Shown: in pieces, positions 48,701 to 60,299 of the stretch
How positions within the stretch are numbered: the first letter of the stretch is position 1
How the letters are laid out: the number at the start of each line of letters is the position of its first letter
Source of the DNA: Antedon mediterranea
Taxonomy: Eukaryota > Animalia > Echinodermata
Assembly (NCBI RefSeq): GCF_964355755.1
Contig: NC_092679.1
Span: 19,823,432-19,887,431 of the forward strand
Length of the DNA stretch: 64,000 nucleotides
Reading direction: 5' to 3'
Made by a program: the position numbers and the translations under genes
Notes under the pieces: model-generated
What the model was told of the DNA's origin: nothing
The model's input: the letters and a program-made list of their open reading frames with translations, nothing else
The model's database searches: none

Positions 48701-51700
48701 AAGTAATATTAAAGTTATTCACTTTAAGTCGAAAATTCGAGACAAAAAACAACAAGTTAACGTACTAATTAACAGGTAAATTAATTTGATTACATTTCGT
48801 CTGGAAAATCGTCACGAGTGAAAGTAAAAGATTTCAAACCATTAGTATGCATTATGCATGATGCTAATTAGGATTGTTTACAACTCGTCACGGTTGAGAA
48901 GGTGTTTTCACACAGATCGCGAAGAAGTTTATGATTATGCATACAGAGTAGCCAAACAAGCGGGTTGCATTATGAGATATGTTTTGATCGAAAACTTTGA
49001 CTGGAAGTCAAAGTTATTTTTTTTAACAAAAAAACGTCTGTATTTCGGTTAAATAATTTTTTTTGGGATTAATTTATGGTGAAATTTAATAACTATTATG
49101 ATACTTCAAAATGACCCACTTTTTTTCAAAATTTTAAATTTTTTTTTTTTTATTGGTCAAAAGGACAATACATCTTTAAAGGAGCAAAGCCTTTTCTTTT
49201 TAAAAGTTATTGCTTCCTTACCTAAATTAATTATCATCATAAGGCTAGGTAGTTGTGGCCATGAAATACATTGTAAAAGAGAAGATTTGACAAGGCATCC
49301 TATGCAGGAATGTTAACCATGTCAAAGCTAAAACACCAGCAATTTTTTTATGATGCAGTAATAATAATAATAAGCACTTTACACACAAAAATGCAGTGAT
49401 CCTACACAATTATAGGAATGTTAACAGAATTAGGATTTGAACCCAACACTCTGGGATTGGTAACCAAGTATGTTAATCACCTATCTACTGTACAGTACAG
49501 TCTTACCGTCAAAAACTTATATTCACACTTTTTCATTCTATCATTGCGAGCTTTCTGCGAGTAACAATACTCCTTGAGCCAATCCAATGTCACCACTCCA
49601 ACATGGTCTGGTTCCTCCTTCCATCGAAGATGTACATGGTTGCCATCTGCAAATGATATGGAATAACAATTCTATTCTGAATTTCTATTCACCAGTGCAA
49701 TAGTATTAAAAATCCTAAAATGCAGCAATTTCAATCAGATATAGATGACAGTTTTTGGAAGAAGTGAATTGCGTAAAAGGCCATACTAGGTTGAAACACC
49801 GGTTCTCGTCACCGAAATTAAGCAACATTGAGCCCGGTTGCGTTCTGGATGGGAGACTGTCTGGTGGGTGGTGGTGTATATATCAGAAAGTGATGGTATA
49901 ATGATATCGGACTAGCATGTAATAGGGATGGGTTCAAGCCTGTAGCCAATTCTTTTTTCTAGCTACCATACCTAAAGCTCTGTCTACACTATCAAACTAG
50001 TTTGACAAAAAAAAAAAATATGATGTGCCCAAATATGGTAGTGATAAGCTTAAATATGGTAGTGATATGACAACATGTCCATATATGGGCACATCACATT
50101 TTTTTGTCACGTAAAGTATAATAGTGTGAACAGAGATAGCTTAATGTATGTTCTTGCATTGTACACCAACCTGGTTGTAATGTTGCAGATATTAGAGTTG
50201 GTTTTTCTGGAATACTTAAAATATCAGTTAATTTCTGTCCACTATGAGCTTGTATACAGGAATCACATTTGCAGTTATAACGAAGCCATATACTATGGTA
50301 TCTGTAAAGAGAATTTATTACATATCTCTACTACAGTCTAGAAATTGTGAGTATTCTAGGATTGGATTAAATTTAAAGGTTTTTGAAAAAATGTCGGCTT
50401 TTGAACAAATTTTGGATGTTGGGGCAGGGCAGAAAAAAAAGTAAAGTTACAGTTGTAATAAGATAAAGATAATGTAATAAGATTTATAAAGCGCACATAT
50501 CCACAAAATGCTCAGGCCGGGGTCACTTGGCTAGCGTTGCTGTCCAGTCCCAGGGTTCACAGGGTCGCTAGCTTGTAACAAAATAACAAATAATATATGG
50601 TGCTTTTCGTAAAAAGGTGCTTTTCGTAAAAAGGTGCTGCTTTATACAAATTTAAGGGGTTTGTTTTGTAGAAAAGTGAGAACCCTCTCCTCATAATAAT
50701 GTCATAAGGCTCTACAGTACAATACACAATGGATCGAAACGTTATTATGACAATAATCTAATTATTGGTTTTAATTTACTGTTGTTGTTTCTCTTAATAT
50801 ATGTTACGGCCGTATGTGCCACTAGGCACGGAGATGATAGGTCATGTGACTTACCTACTGAGGGCTTCAGCATCGTCATTCCAGTGAATAACAATCTCAC
50901 TTCCATCCTCATTAATGTTTAAGTTATCTTTTTGTGTAGATGTTGATAACTACAATGTAAAAAGGTATGGATTTGAAAATACTATGAAACCAATGGTATA
51001 GACTTTAGTGTTATTTACTTACAGTATATTGTGGTTCTACAATAATATATATAGCCTATATAATAATGTTGTAATATCTATGAATGGAACAACATCAACA
51101 ATCAAACTATAAGAATATATAAGGTGTAAATTTTAAAATGCCATCATCTGTCATACAAATAGGTTATATGAGAATGTTTGTTTTGTTTTGTCTCAAAGCA
51201 AGTTCACAATTCTATATTACACTACTACTGTGAGTGGCCGAGTGGTTAGGAAAATAGAATCATAATTACGTAGCCATAAAATCGGTCATGGTAGGTGGTG
51301 GTAGAACAAGTCTTCTCGGATAAGGACTATAAACCGTAGGTCTAGTGCACACATCTAGCTCATGTGCACTTTAAGACGAGTAGGAGGTCGGTGTACAGTA
51401 CATACACAGCCAAAGGTCATCCAGTATAAAAGAATAATACATTTAAAAAAATAAAAATAAGAAAGATCAGAAAATACATGCAAATGATAATTAATTTTAA
51501 ATTTAAAATCACACTAAAAACTGAAACTACTATACCGTTTTGAGAAAGCTCCCTTGTTCATTAAATGGAGTTTTCCTGTATAATAATTCAGGTAAATATT
51601 TACGCTTTGATGAACTTGAAATAACAGGAAAGTTTACGGAGCTTAAACGTCTAGTATGAAACCGACAAGTTCGTCTAACACCAAATGCGCACAGATTTTC

Positions 51701-51736
51701 AAACAGGCTTGACAGTGATTTAAAATTCTGCATCAT
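42755..51736 (-). CDS. Gamma-butyrobetaine dioxygenase (BBOX/TMLH/TauD) family Fe(II)/2-oxoglutarate dioxygenase; 14 exons, 472 aa
   Basis: Exons 51536-51736, 50855-50949, 50171-50301 (WLRYNCKCDSC, N-terminal zinc-site type motif), 49507-49646, 48195-48253, 47945-48026, 47416-47460, 45784-45908 (NVAYTSVELDFHMDL, HxD; PGLQLLHC), 45295-45435 (GGESVLLD), 44636-44699, 44147-44200, 43841-43909, 43553-43657 (FNNRRVLHGRREF), 42755-42862 (GCYVNIDE). 1419 nt, GT-AG, phases consistent. Confidence 0.92.
44856..44977. mobile_element. Short TA-flanked MITE
   Basis: ta|ctgtaaagcccaa...ttgggctttacag|ta. Confidence 0.65.
45006..45166. mobile_element. MITE family A copy
   Basis: ctctgtttacactatcaaactttatgtgaca...tgtcacataaagtttgatagtgtagata. 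Confidence 0.75.
47520..47692. repeat. 12-bp minisatellite (ttctgttaatac/t)n
   Basis: Tandem ttctgttaatac / ttctgttaatat units. Confidence 0.85.
48633..49175. mobile_element. Kolobok-like non-autonomous DNA transposon
   Basis: TTAA|AGATGTATTGTCC...GGACAATACATCT|TTAA; TTAA TSD with AG...CT ends. Confidence 0.8.
49779..49864 (+). pseudogene. 5S rRNA-derived fragment (pseudogene or SINE3 head)
   Basis: ggccatactaggttgaaacaccggttctcgtc-accgaaattaagcaacattgagcccggtt...ggatgggagactgtctgg follows the metazoan 5S rRNA sequence, with the CGATC segment missing and the 3' end truncated. Confidence 0.85.
49976..50141. mobile_element. MITE family A copy
   Basis: agctctgtctacactatcaaactag...atagtgtgaacagag. 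Confidence 0.75.
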
Positions 51737-53584
51737 CAACTTCTTTAAATGAAATATTAATTACTTTTTTAAAAACTTTAAATTGTTTGATCAATGATTA
51801 ATTTGCAAAATTTAATGATATTGTTAAATTTTGCAAGCAATTGCTAATTTCTTTGCGTAATCTGAAATTTTGTGAAGAAATTGCGTATGGAAAATTTCAA
51901 AAATTTCAATGGCGCTGCACAATATGAAAATTTTACAAGAAAAGAAAAGCTGTAGCGCAATTTAGGCCATTATAAACATAACAGTATCATGCGGTAGCTG
52001 ATATAGCCTACTCTACTAGCTACTACTAACTTAACTATCTAGGCTAGAATAGGCCTATAGACCTATAAATAAAGTGCGCAAATTAAATCAAACAATACTT
52101 GGTTCAAACTGTGCAGCGGAATTTGAAATAAAGAATAGGCCTAGTACTGTACTAGGCCTAGTCCTATAGTAAACTAGGCCTAACCTTGAGTTGGTGGTCT
52201 GGGGCCTGCCTGCTCTGCCTTCTGCCAACAATAGTAGCCTAACTTTTTATTACCGATGTGGCTCGGTCTACTTGTCAATATTAATTAGAAAGAGAGAAGA
52301 TAACACGACTGCCTCCTAATTTCTACGTCTAAATCAAAATAAATATTTATTTAAAGACATTTGTAAGATCAATAAAATAACAGAACATCAAAATACCTTA
52401 CGAATACGATTATGATTCAAGTGTCAAGCTTTGCTGCTGCGTTGCTGCTGATCTGCTGCCAGCCAAATGAACATCCAGGTACGTGTGTGTATCGGCGATA
52501 CCATTTTACCAAAGGTACTACAGTAGTATGCATGTTGTGAAAACTTGCAAAAACTTTTCAGTGTGCGCCCTCTATACATTTACTTTAACTTTTCTAAAAA
52601 CTTTTTTGGTAAATAAGTTATATCACGCACAAAAACCAGTTAGTTTTGCTTCAATAGTTTTTACTTTCGAATAAATACGTTATGTTACAATTTCATTTAA
52701 TATATCATTATAAACAATTATTAATTAAATAATAAAGTTTTAAAAACGAGACCATTTTTCACAATTGCAAGACAATACAGTTACGGATTTTGAATTAATA
52801 AAACAGCAATGTGGTGCCAATTGACAATTTCAATCCGTTTGTTCTTTTATCACTTTCCATCTTTACGATAGCCATCGAATAGTTAATAAAAAGGGAAAGG
52901 TCAATTGGTAGCCTAATTATCAGTAGCCTTAATTAACAGGTATATTCAACAGTATTGAAAAACACAAACGCTTGCATTGATTTACCAGTTCCTACAAAAT
53001 TGAATACTTTTAACAATAGTAAGTCTAGTTATAAAGTCTACCGTACTAGACGTGATGATCAAATAAGTTGGTTTCTGCATAGGCGCGTTGTATCCTTCTT
53101 CTTTTATTTACAAACATAGGCCTATATATAACTAATTACTCTAATGGGACCTGTATTTATGTCTTGTTGTGATTGTATTGCAATTACGATGTAATTGATG
53201 ACTAAATAAATGTGGAATAAATAAATAAATAAACGTCGTCTGCCGGCTTGTCAGAAATAGGAACCGTATTCTTTAGTCTACGGTGATTTATACTGGCAAA
53301 TTTGGCGTAGACTTTGAGCAAGGCAATTTAGTATAATCTAACTTCCTATAGGCGTTTAATTTACGCTATCTAACTGTTATGTTTTATTTACATGTTTATA
53401 ACTTATTTTTGGGTAAATAAAAGAAAGAATAGGTCTGGAAAGAGGATCGGAATTAAATGGATCAAAGACAGTCAATTATCTTGTTATTAATGTGAGACTT
53501 TTTACAATTTTAAGATTGTAATATTTTAACTATACAATTGTCTTCTTCTACCTAAGTCAAGAACTTATTTGTAGCATTATAAAG

Positions 53585-56500
53585 TTAAAATCTGTAAAAT
53601 CCTTTCCCCGGCTCAGACTTAGCCGAGGACTTAAACAAACCAGGTTTAGTTCGTGTCGTCACTGACGATGGTACTAAGTCCCAAGATTTTATATCGGATA
53701 TAACATCTAATCTGTCCATGCTCTCAAATATGTTTATAATTTCTTCGAGGTCACACTTTCTATCTCCAGATCGTGTTGTCTCCCAGATATTAAGCAACTC
53801 ATTAGTCGGACTAAAAATCAGACGTTGACAAAGCTGTTCTTCCCATTGGTGAATGCAGTCGTCGTAGCCGAGGCAGTAGGCTAGATGTCTCCAGTCGTTT
53901 CCGAGTGTATTAGGTATGTCCAGTTTCTTTCGGATGCTTTCCCGTAGAGGGTAAGGTAACAGAAGACGTCTACGAACAAGTCTAGTAATTGGAACTTTTC
54001 TTTCACGAGAAGGTGCTGATCTCTGTATAAAGAAAATATAAATTATTACCGTATATTTCTTTGTACAAGACGCACGTTTGACGCGCAAATTTTACCTCTA
54101 AATTGTGGGTGCGTCTTATATATCTGCGACATAAAATGGGTGCGTTCTAAAGCCTGTTCTACACTATTAACAAGCCGTAGCAAACTCTTGTTCACAAACC
54201 ACTAAGTTAGTTTAGACTAGCAAACTTCAGTGAGCAACTCAGACTGTGGCAAAGTGTAGACCAGTTTGACACTCGGTAAACTGTAGAAAACTATTTGGCA
54301 GAAGTTAACACAGGCTCTCTATAATTTCCTGATGTTTGCCAATAAAATCACAGTGTTTGAAGTCATGCATGTGGACAATAACAGTGGCCTACAACTTCTT
54401 CTAACACTGGCAATCTCGGAGTTTATAAACAAACGTTTGGTAAAGTTTGCTAGAATTTAACTGATAATACGCAATACATCAAGGAGTAAAAGTAAGAATT
54501 GATGATGCAACTAGGCCTCTGCTGCGTTCAGTAAGAGCCGGATAAAGCAACAAGCAACGGCAATATATTTTACCTGTTTCTTTACTAGTACATCGATGAT
54601 TTTACCATGCAAGTCTTCACGTTCATCTTGAGTCACATGCACCTGACATTTCAAAGACGTCACTGTTTTTTCTTCATCATACTCAAGTCGATATACACAT
54701 GGAACCCTCACATTTTCAACTAAACATTTTCTTGAAATTGACTAATGAGTAGAAATGGCACAAAAATAAGATATTAGATATGTTGGTTATACTGTTATGT
54801 AACTACTCTAAAATTATTTCAATGCAGTTGACAAGAAGTTTTACTAAAGACAATGTTTTCTTAAAACCATCATCCTACGAATGCCAAGATGGTGAATTAA
54901 ATATTGCAAAGAAGATACCAAAAAACCTTGCTCTGTCACCTAACCCTTCCCCTACATACGTCATTGTCAATAACATAGATAGTGACGTCATTACCTGTTT
55001 GATTTTTCCTCCAGTCACTGTCCAATCTCCTTCTGTTTTGAGGAGAACAGTTAAGTCACTGACATGCGCGAAGAGGAAGGGAGTTGTAGGCGAGCACATC
55101 GAACCGTTGAGAAGACGTTCATCTTCCAAGATGAGCTTGTAAATGACAATAATTAATTGTATTTATTATTAATACCTTACAATCATTTTCGTGTCTTGAA
55201 AATTGGCTTAACCTATTTGATGTTTTCTGTTGATTTCAAATATTTTAAATCAATAAAACTATTCATTGCATGCAGATGAGAAATCCGTCACTGCAAAATT
55301 TTAACTTTAACATTTCTCTGATGGTATTAACTTATGGTCGGCAGTTTTCGAGATTTGAAATTTGCGGCTTATTTTATTCAAGGCGACATGATTAAATTGG
55401 GAAGATGAAATGAGTACGAAAAAGACTTATTCTTTCAACGGAAAATAATTAAACTTACATATCTGGCATCGGGAGTTTGGTTGGCACAATAAAGACGAAC
55501 CTGTTGGTCATATTCATCTTCCTGTATCTTTGACGAAAATAGCATAAGATCAAGCCACTTTTCTTGGACAATAGGTATCGATTCATGTTCACACTGTAGC
55601 ATAGTAGTGTGTCCGGTGAAGTGAGGCAACATCAGAGTCACCGTGTTCCCTTTGATTAGCATCAACGAATCGTTGTCATCAGAGAGGTTATGGAAACTAG
55701 GAACCTGATCCGGTTCTGTCTCTGTTCGTAAAGTAACAAGTTTCACATTGTTGTTTTTAATGTTGGCACAATGTTTATACGACAGTAAAACTCTTTCGTT
55801 AAACTTCATTCCAGAAGGGCCACAGAATACAACCGGACTTGTTGCCATCATATTCGAAGTTACCTCTAAACTATTCTGGTTCCCATTATGCAAATATATG
55901 TAAATTAACTGAGGTGTTGATTGTTGAATAGCACCAGGTGGTATCAGTAACGTCACACCTGCTTCTTCAAAGTTTAACTCGCCGCCATGTTTGTCAAAAA
56001 CACCAGCTCGGAAATATGGAAGAGAGAACGCTTCCTGGTCATACTGGGTAGACGCTATCACAGCTCTTTTCCAAGCTTCAGCATCCTCAATACATTTTCT
56101 GAAGGATGTGCCTTTACCGTTGCATATTCGCTGTTCTTTTGGCGGGTCATCATCAATGAACTCGCACACTGTTTCAAGGGATTGATGACCTTCATTGACA
56201 CTGTCTGTTTCCCTTTGTAAAACAACATTATTAGGATCAACTGTTTCCAAATCTGTTGAATCTTGTGGCAGCGTTGACGGCCGACGATACAAAAATCGAA
56301 ATTTTCCCAAAACTGAAGACCCCTTGATACCAGTACGTTTTCGTATGCGATAGACAATTGCTGATAATTAAAGAAAATTAACATGAATGGTAATTAATAA
56401 AAACAAAAAGTGGCAAACTCAGTAGAGATAGACACCTGTCTTTGTGATCTATCTGCTGTAGGCCTAAAGACAAAGGGATGTTAATTAACTTCCTTTGCGA

Positions 56501-56807
56501 TTAAAGCTACGCAAGAATAGTATACTCTCTTAATCGTCCAGGCCTGCTCTAATCTCCTATTTTAGATTTCTGAAACAGTTCAAAGCTTATTATTTTATAC
56601 AGCATAAAACATTGTCATATATCAAATTTTGCACAAAAAGATTAACGTACCCACTGAAGGCAGAATAGCAACCACAATCAAGGTAAACAGAACGCACGGC
56701 ACAATAATTGATGTTAAATGTAAATGTTTTAAATTTGCTGGCACTTCTGTCACAGGCGTTGATATATCCGTTTGATTGTAGTCCTCCTCGCTACTAACCA
56801 AATCCAT
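53585..56807 (-). CDS. UNC5C-like (ZUD-type) membrane protein: TM, ZU5, UPA, death domain; 5 exons, 601 aa
   Basis: Exons 56651-56807, 55459-56360, 54995-55135, 54574-54741, 53585-54022; 1806 nt. The TM segment IIVPCVLFTLIVVAILPSVAIVY followed by RIRKR spans exons 1-2. ZU5 motifs GVFDKHGGEL, GVTLLIPPGAI, SPVVFCGPSGMKF, HCA, LPHFT. Death domain LGNDWRHLAYCLG, SPTNELLNIWE, MDRLDV. Confidence 0.9.
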
Positions 56808-57463
56808 TGTAGGCCTATTATCTAAAACTATCTACCGATACCAATATCTTTTAAAACTCACTATGATGTTGGTGGTTACATAGAGATTCTAAAACAGTAA
56901 AGTGCCTGGGTAAGAATAACGTTCAACTTCCTGTGTGAATTGCAGTAATAGTTCATATCATTATTCACAGTTTCCTTTAAACAAGTTACATGACTCACTC
57001 CCTGGCGGTTTAGTAAAACATATCTCAATCAAATGAGAAGATCGAAGAAGAAACTCAAACCACAACAGCTCAGTTTAGCTTTATTAACCATAAAGCAATT
57101 TACCTTTTTTACTTCATCCATAGATACTACAATATTAATAATATAAATAAATAAAATATTTATATCTCTATGCTTCATATAAAGTAAATAAGAACAAAGA
57201 AACTTCAAACTGTGATATACTGAAAAATAATTCGTTTATAAACGATGAAGATGAGGAAATCTGTGAGAATTAGAAAAGGCCTCCAAACATAATATTCTTT
57301 GATATTACCTGGTTTTACACACAATGAGGGATAAATAAAGATTCGAACTCAGAATCAGTTATTATGACTAATCTAAAAGAACACTGAGCTCATCTCCAAG
57401 ATAGGAACTTGTAACAGTACTTTGATGTTATGTCTGGCTGCGAAAAATACCAACAGTACTGTA

Positions 57464-57622
57464 AGCTTGGTTCCCACTAGGACGCACCGTAAGGACGTAA
57501 GCCGCAACCCATGCGAATTGACCAATCAAAGCGATGGATTATTTGAACTGTCGTTTGTGATTGGTCAATTCGGTTACATTTCGGCTTACGTCCTTAATTT
57601 GCGTCCAAATGGGAACTAAGCT
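57464..57622. mobile_element. MITE family B relative
   Basis: agcttggttcccactaggacgca...tgcgtccaaatgggaactaagct, largely palindromic. A degenerate copy also lies at about 32832-32917. Confidence 0.75.
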
Positions 57623-59359
57623 CAAGGGGCGTGAAACTGATCGTATCGCAGCCACAGATCAACACCCTTTTATCTCCGGAGCTCAGCATCCTGTTGTTAA
57701 TTGCAATTTTAAAACGGTTAAGATAATGATGATCTTTTAGAATAAGATAAAGACGCCCAAACATCTTCTGCAGACATCATGCAATTCGACCCTCAGGCTT
57801 CCATGGTATCGTTCTGTTGAAATTTCATTGGATATAATAGCAACTCCTACGTTAGAAGTTAGATAGAATGCGACAGGTGTTTAGCAGTGTACTTGGTTGC
57901 CTTGTTTAGTTTGATTATTTACTAATTATCAACGTACAACACACACCACCAAATAAGATAAAAAAAAACATATACAACAAATTCACTGGTATCAAAATAA
58001 TTTATTATTTACAATATTAACAATGCAAGTTTTTTAATTTTACAGTGTATGTAACTCTCCTCGAGAATTGCCGTTACCACGGCTGATGCGAGTCAATAAA
58101 ATAAAACATTCACTGACGAAATGTCAGCAACTTAAGTAGTAGGCTATACTGCGCACTAATATAATTTTTAAATCGGTATTATCATAAAACTAACCCCCAA
58201 AGCCTTTAACTAATCATACCAATACTTATACTTATAAATAATAAAATCTGAATTTTAATAATTATTAATAATAATATCCTGCATTTATAACCTTTAAGAC
58301 CTGGATTATTACCCGGGCATTTTTGGATTCAACACGTATGGAAACATACTCCTAAAGTTGTGTCTTGACTTTACCAGGTACCTATTTGTACACCTGGGTG
58401 GAGAGAGGTAAAGTGTCTTTCCCAAGGACACATTTTCATTTCTTAGTCTATCTCATCAAAGGGCCCATTACTGAGTAAGCTGAGTTAAAATCGTATTTTG
58501 AAAGAACGGTATTTTCGTTGCAGCAGAAACAATTCCTGCAGCTTCGATATTGTCCGAAATAACTGTATTAGCGACAACAACACACCCTCCCGCCTCCAAT
58601 TCCCAATGAAATAATCAAGCAGGGTAGAGTGAAGGTAAGGTAGGGTGGAGTATATACAGTAATATACTTTCAACTCCATTTGCTCTTTAACAAACATATT
58701 TTGATTCAATGCATTCCAGAGTATTTATTTATAAAAAGATCGGTTTTCGCAAACATCGTATTAATTATGCCGTCACACGCACCCACTAAAATTCCCGTCA
58801 GAAGGACGACGCGCATGGAAATCTAAACATATTTCTATCAGTATATTTTGTCAAAGTGTACAAATTACTGCAACAGTAGATTTACTGCAGTAAAAATGCC
58901 CTTTATGTGAACGACCATTTTTTGCTCACATACATTTATATTATATTCATGGACATCACAAAAAACAAAAATACTAGGACCAGTGAAAAAGCACCATTTT
59001 AGAATTACTTTTTATCAAACTTATGTTAATATACTGTATATTCTTTACACCCTATATTTAGCATTGCATTTATTGGTATATATTAGGTCAAAAAAACATA
59101 TGCATAAATTATCTTGAAATATAATTTCTTAAATGCTATCAATAAATAATATCAGATAATTTCAGATGATTTTTAAATTAAAATTAGCACACATTGTCTC
59201 AAAATAATAAGTGTGCAGCTATCTATAAGAAGACAACAAGGTGTTTTAAAAAGTGCTATCCTACATAAAGGTGGTTTAAAACTATTGCTTGTACTGGTTA
59301 AATAATAAATACGTTTGGTGGGTGATGCTGTCTATTTCTATCTGCTACGAAAGCAATGA

Positions 59360-60015
59360 GAGACTGTGGTCAGTTTTAGTAACCAAAAGACTGTGGTCAC
59401 TTTATAAGTGTAGCCAACATACTGTGGTCACTTTATAAGTGTAGCCAACAGACTGTGGTCACTTTAGGTAGCCACCAAACTGGTCACTTTATAGTGTAGA
59501 GATCAGACTATGGTCACTTTTATTAGTCAACAAACTGGTCACTTTATGAGTTTAGTCAGCAGACTGTGTTCACTTTTAGCAGTGTGGTCACCTTTAATTA
59601 GCCAACAAACTGGTCACGTTATAAGTGTAGCCACAGTAGACTGTGGTCACTTTAGGTAGCCACCAAACTGGTCACTTTTATTAGCCAACAAACTGGTCAC
59701 TTTAAGTAGCCAACAGACTGTGGTCACATTCAGGTAGCCAACAGACCGTGGTGACTTTATAAGTGTAGTCACCAGACTGTGGTCACTTTTACTAACCAAC
59801 AGACAGGTCACTTTATAAGTATAGACAACAGGCTGTGGTCAGTATAAATAGCCAACAAACTGTTCACTTTTAAGTAGCAGGTAACATCAAGTAGCTATCG
59901 AAATAGCCACAGACTATGACCCCTCTAAATAGCCAACAGCCTGTGGTCACTTTAAATAGCCATCAAAGTGATGAAAACAAGTGGCCAGCAAAGAGGTTAT
60001 TTTAAGTAGCCAACA
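59360..60015. repeat. Variable-length minisatellite, about 23-33-bp unit (agactgtggtcacttt...tagccaac)
   Basis: More than 20 degenerate units sharing tggtcacttt. Confidence 0.9.
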
Positions 60016-60299
60016 AAATTGACATAAAGTTCTATTTATGTTATTCATATACTGTATCTATATAAACAAGGTTAGAAACCACCCAAATTGCAACATAGGA
60101 ATTTCTTTTGCATAATAAATCATGTAAACAATATAGCGGACTCAAGATTTTTAGCCTCTATATAAAGAGGTTTAAATCATAGTATTATTTAACCTACTAA
60201 TAATTTTGAGTGTTTTACTTCCGGGATTGGTACAGTCACCGTATGTGTTTAAAATGGCAAGGTCTCTGGCGTAAACAATGCTGAAATAAAAATCTAGGT

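Noticed and set aside
49779-49864. Functional 5S rRNA gene
   Set aside because: Internal deletion, substitutions, missing 3' end, no T-run terminator at the expected place, and a solitary intronic location.
52561-52575. CTCF-like core GCGCCCTCTA (similar at about 5773 and 41297)
   Set aside because: Only a partial motif; cannot be supported without binding data.
59360-60015. Constant motif with variable linkers, CRISPR-like
   Set aside because: The linkers are related to each other and the repeats are degenerate; this is a minisatellite.
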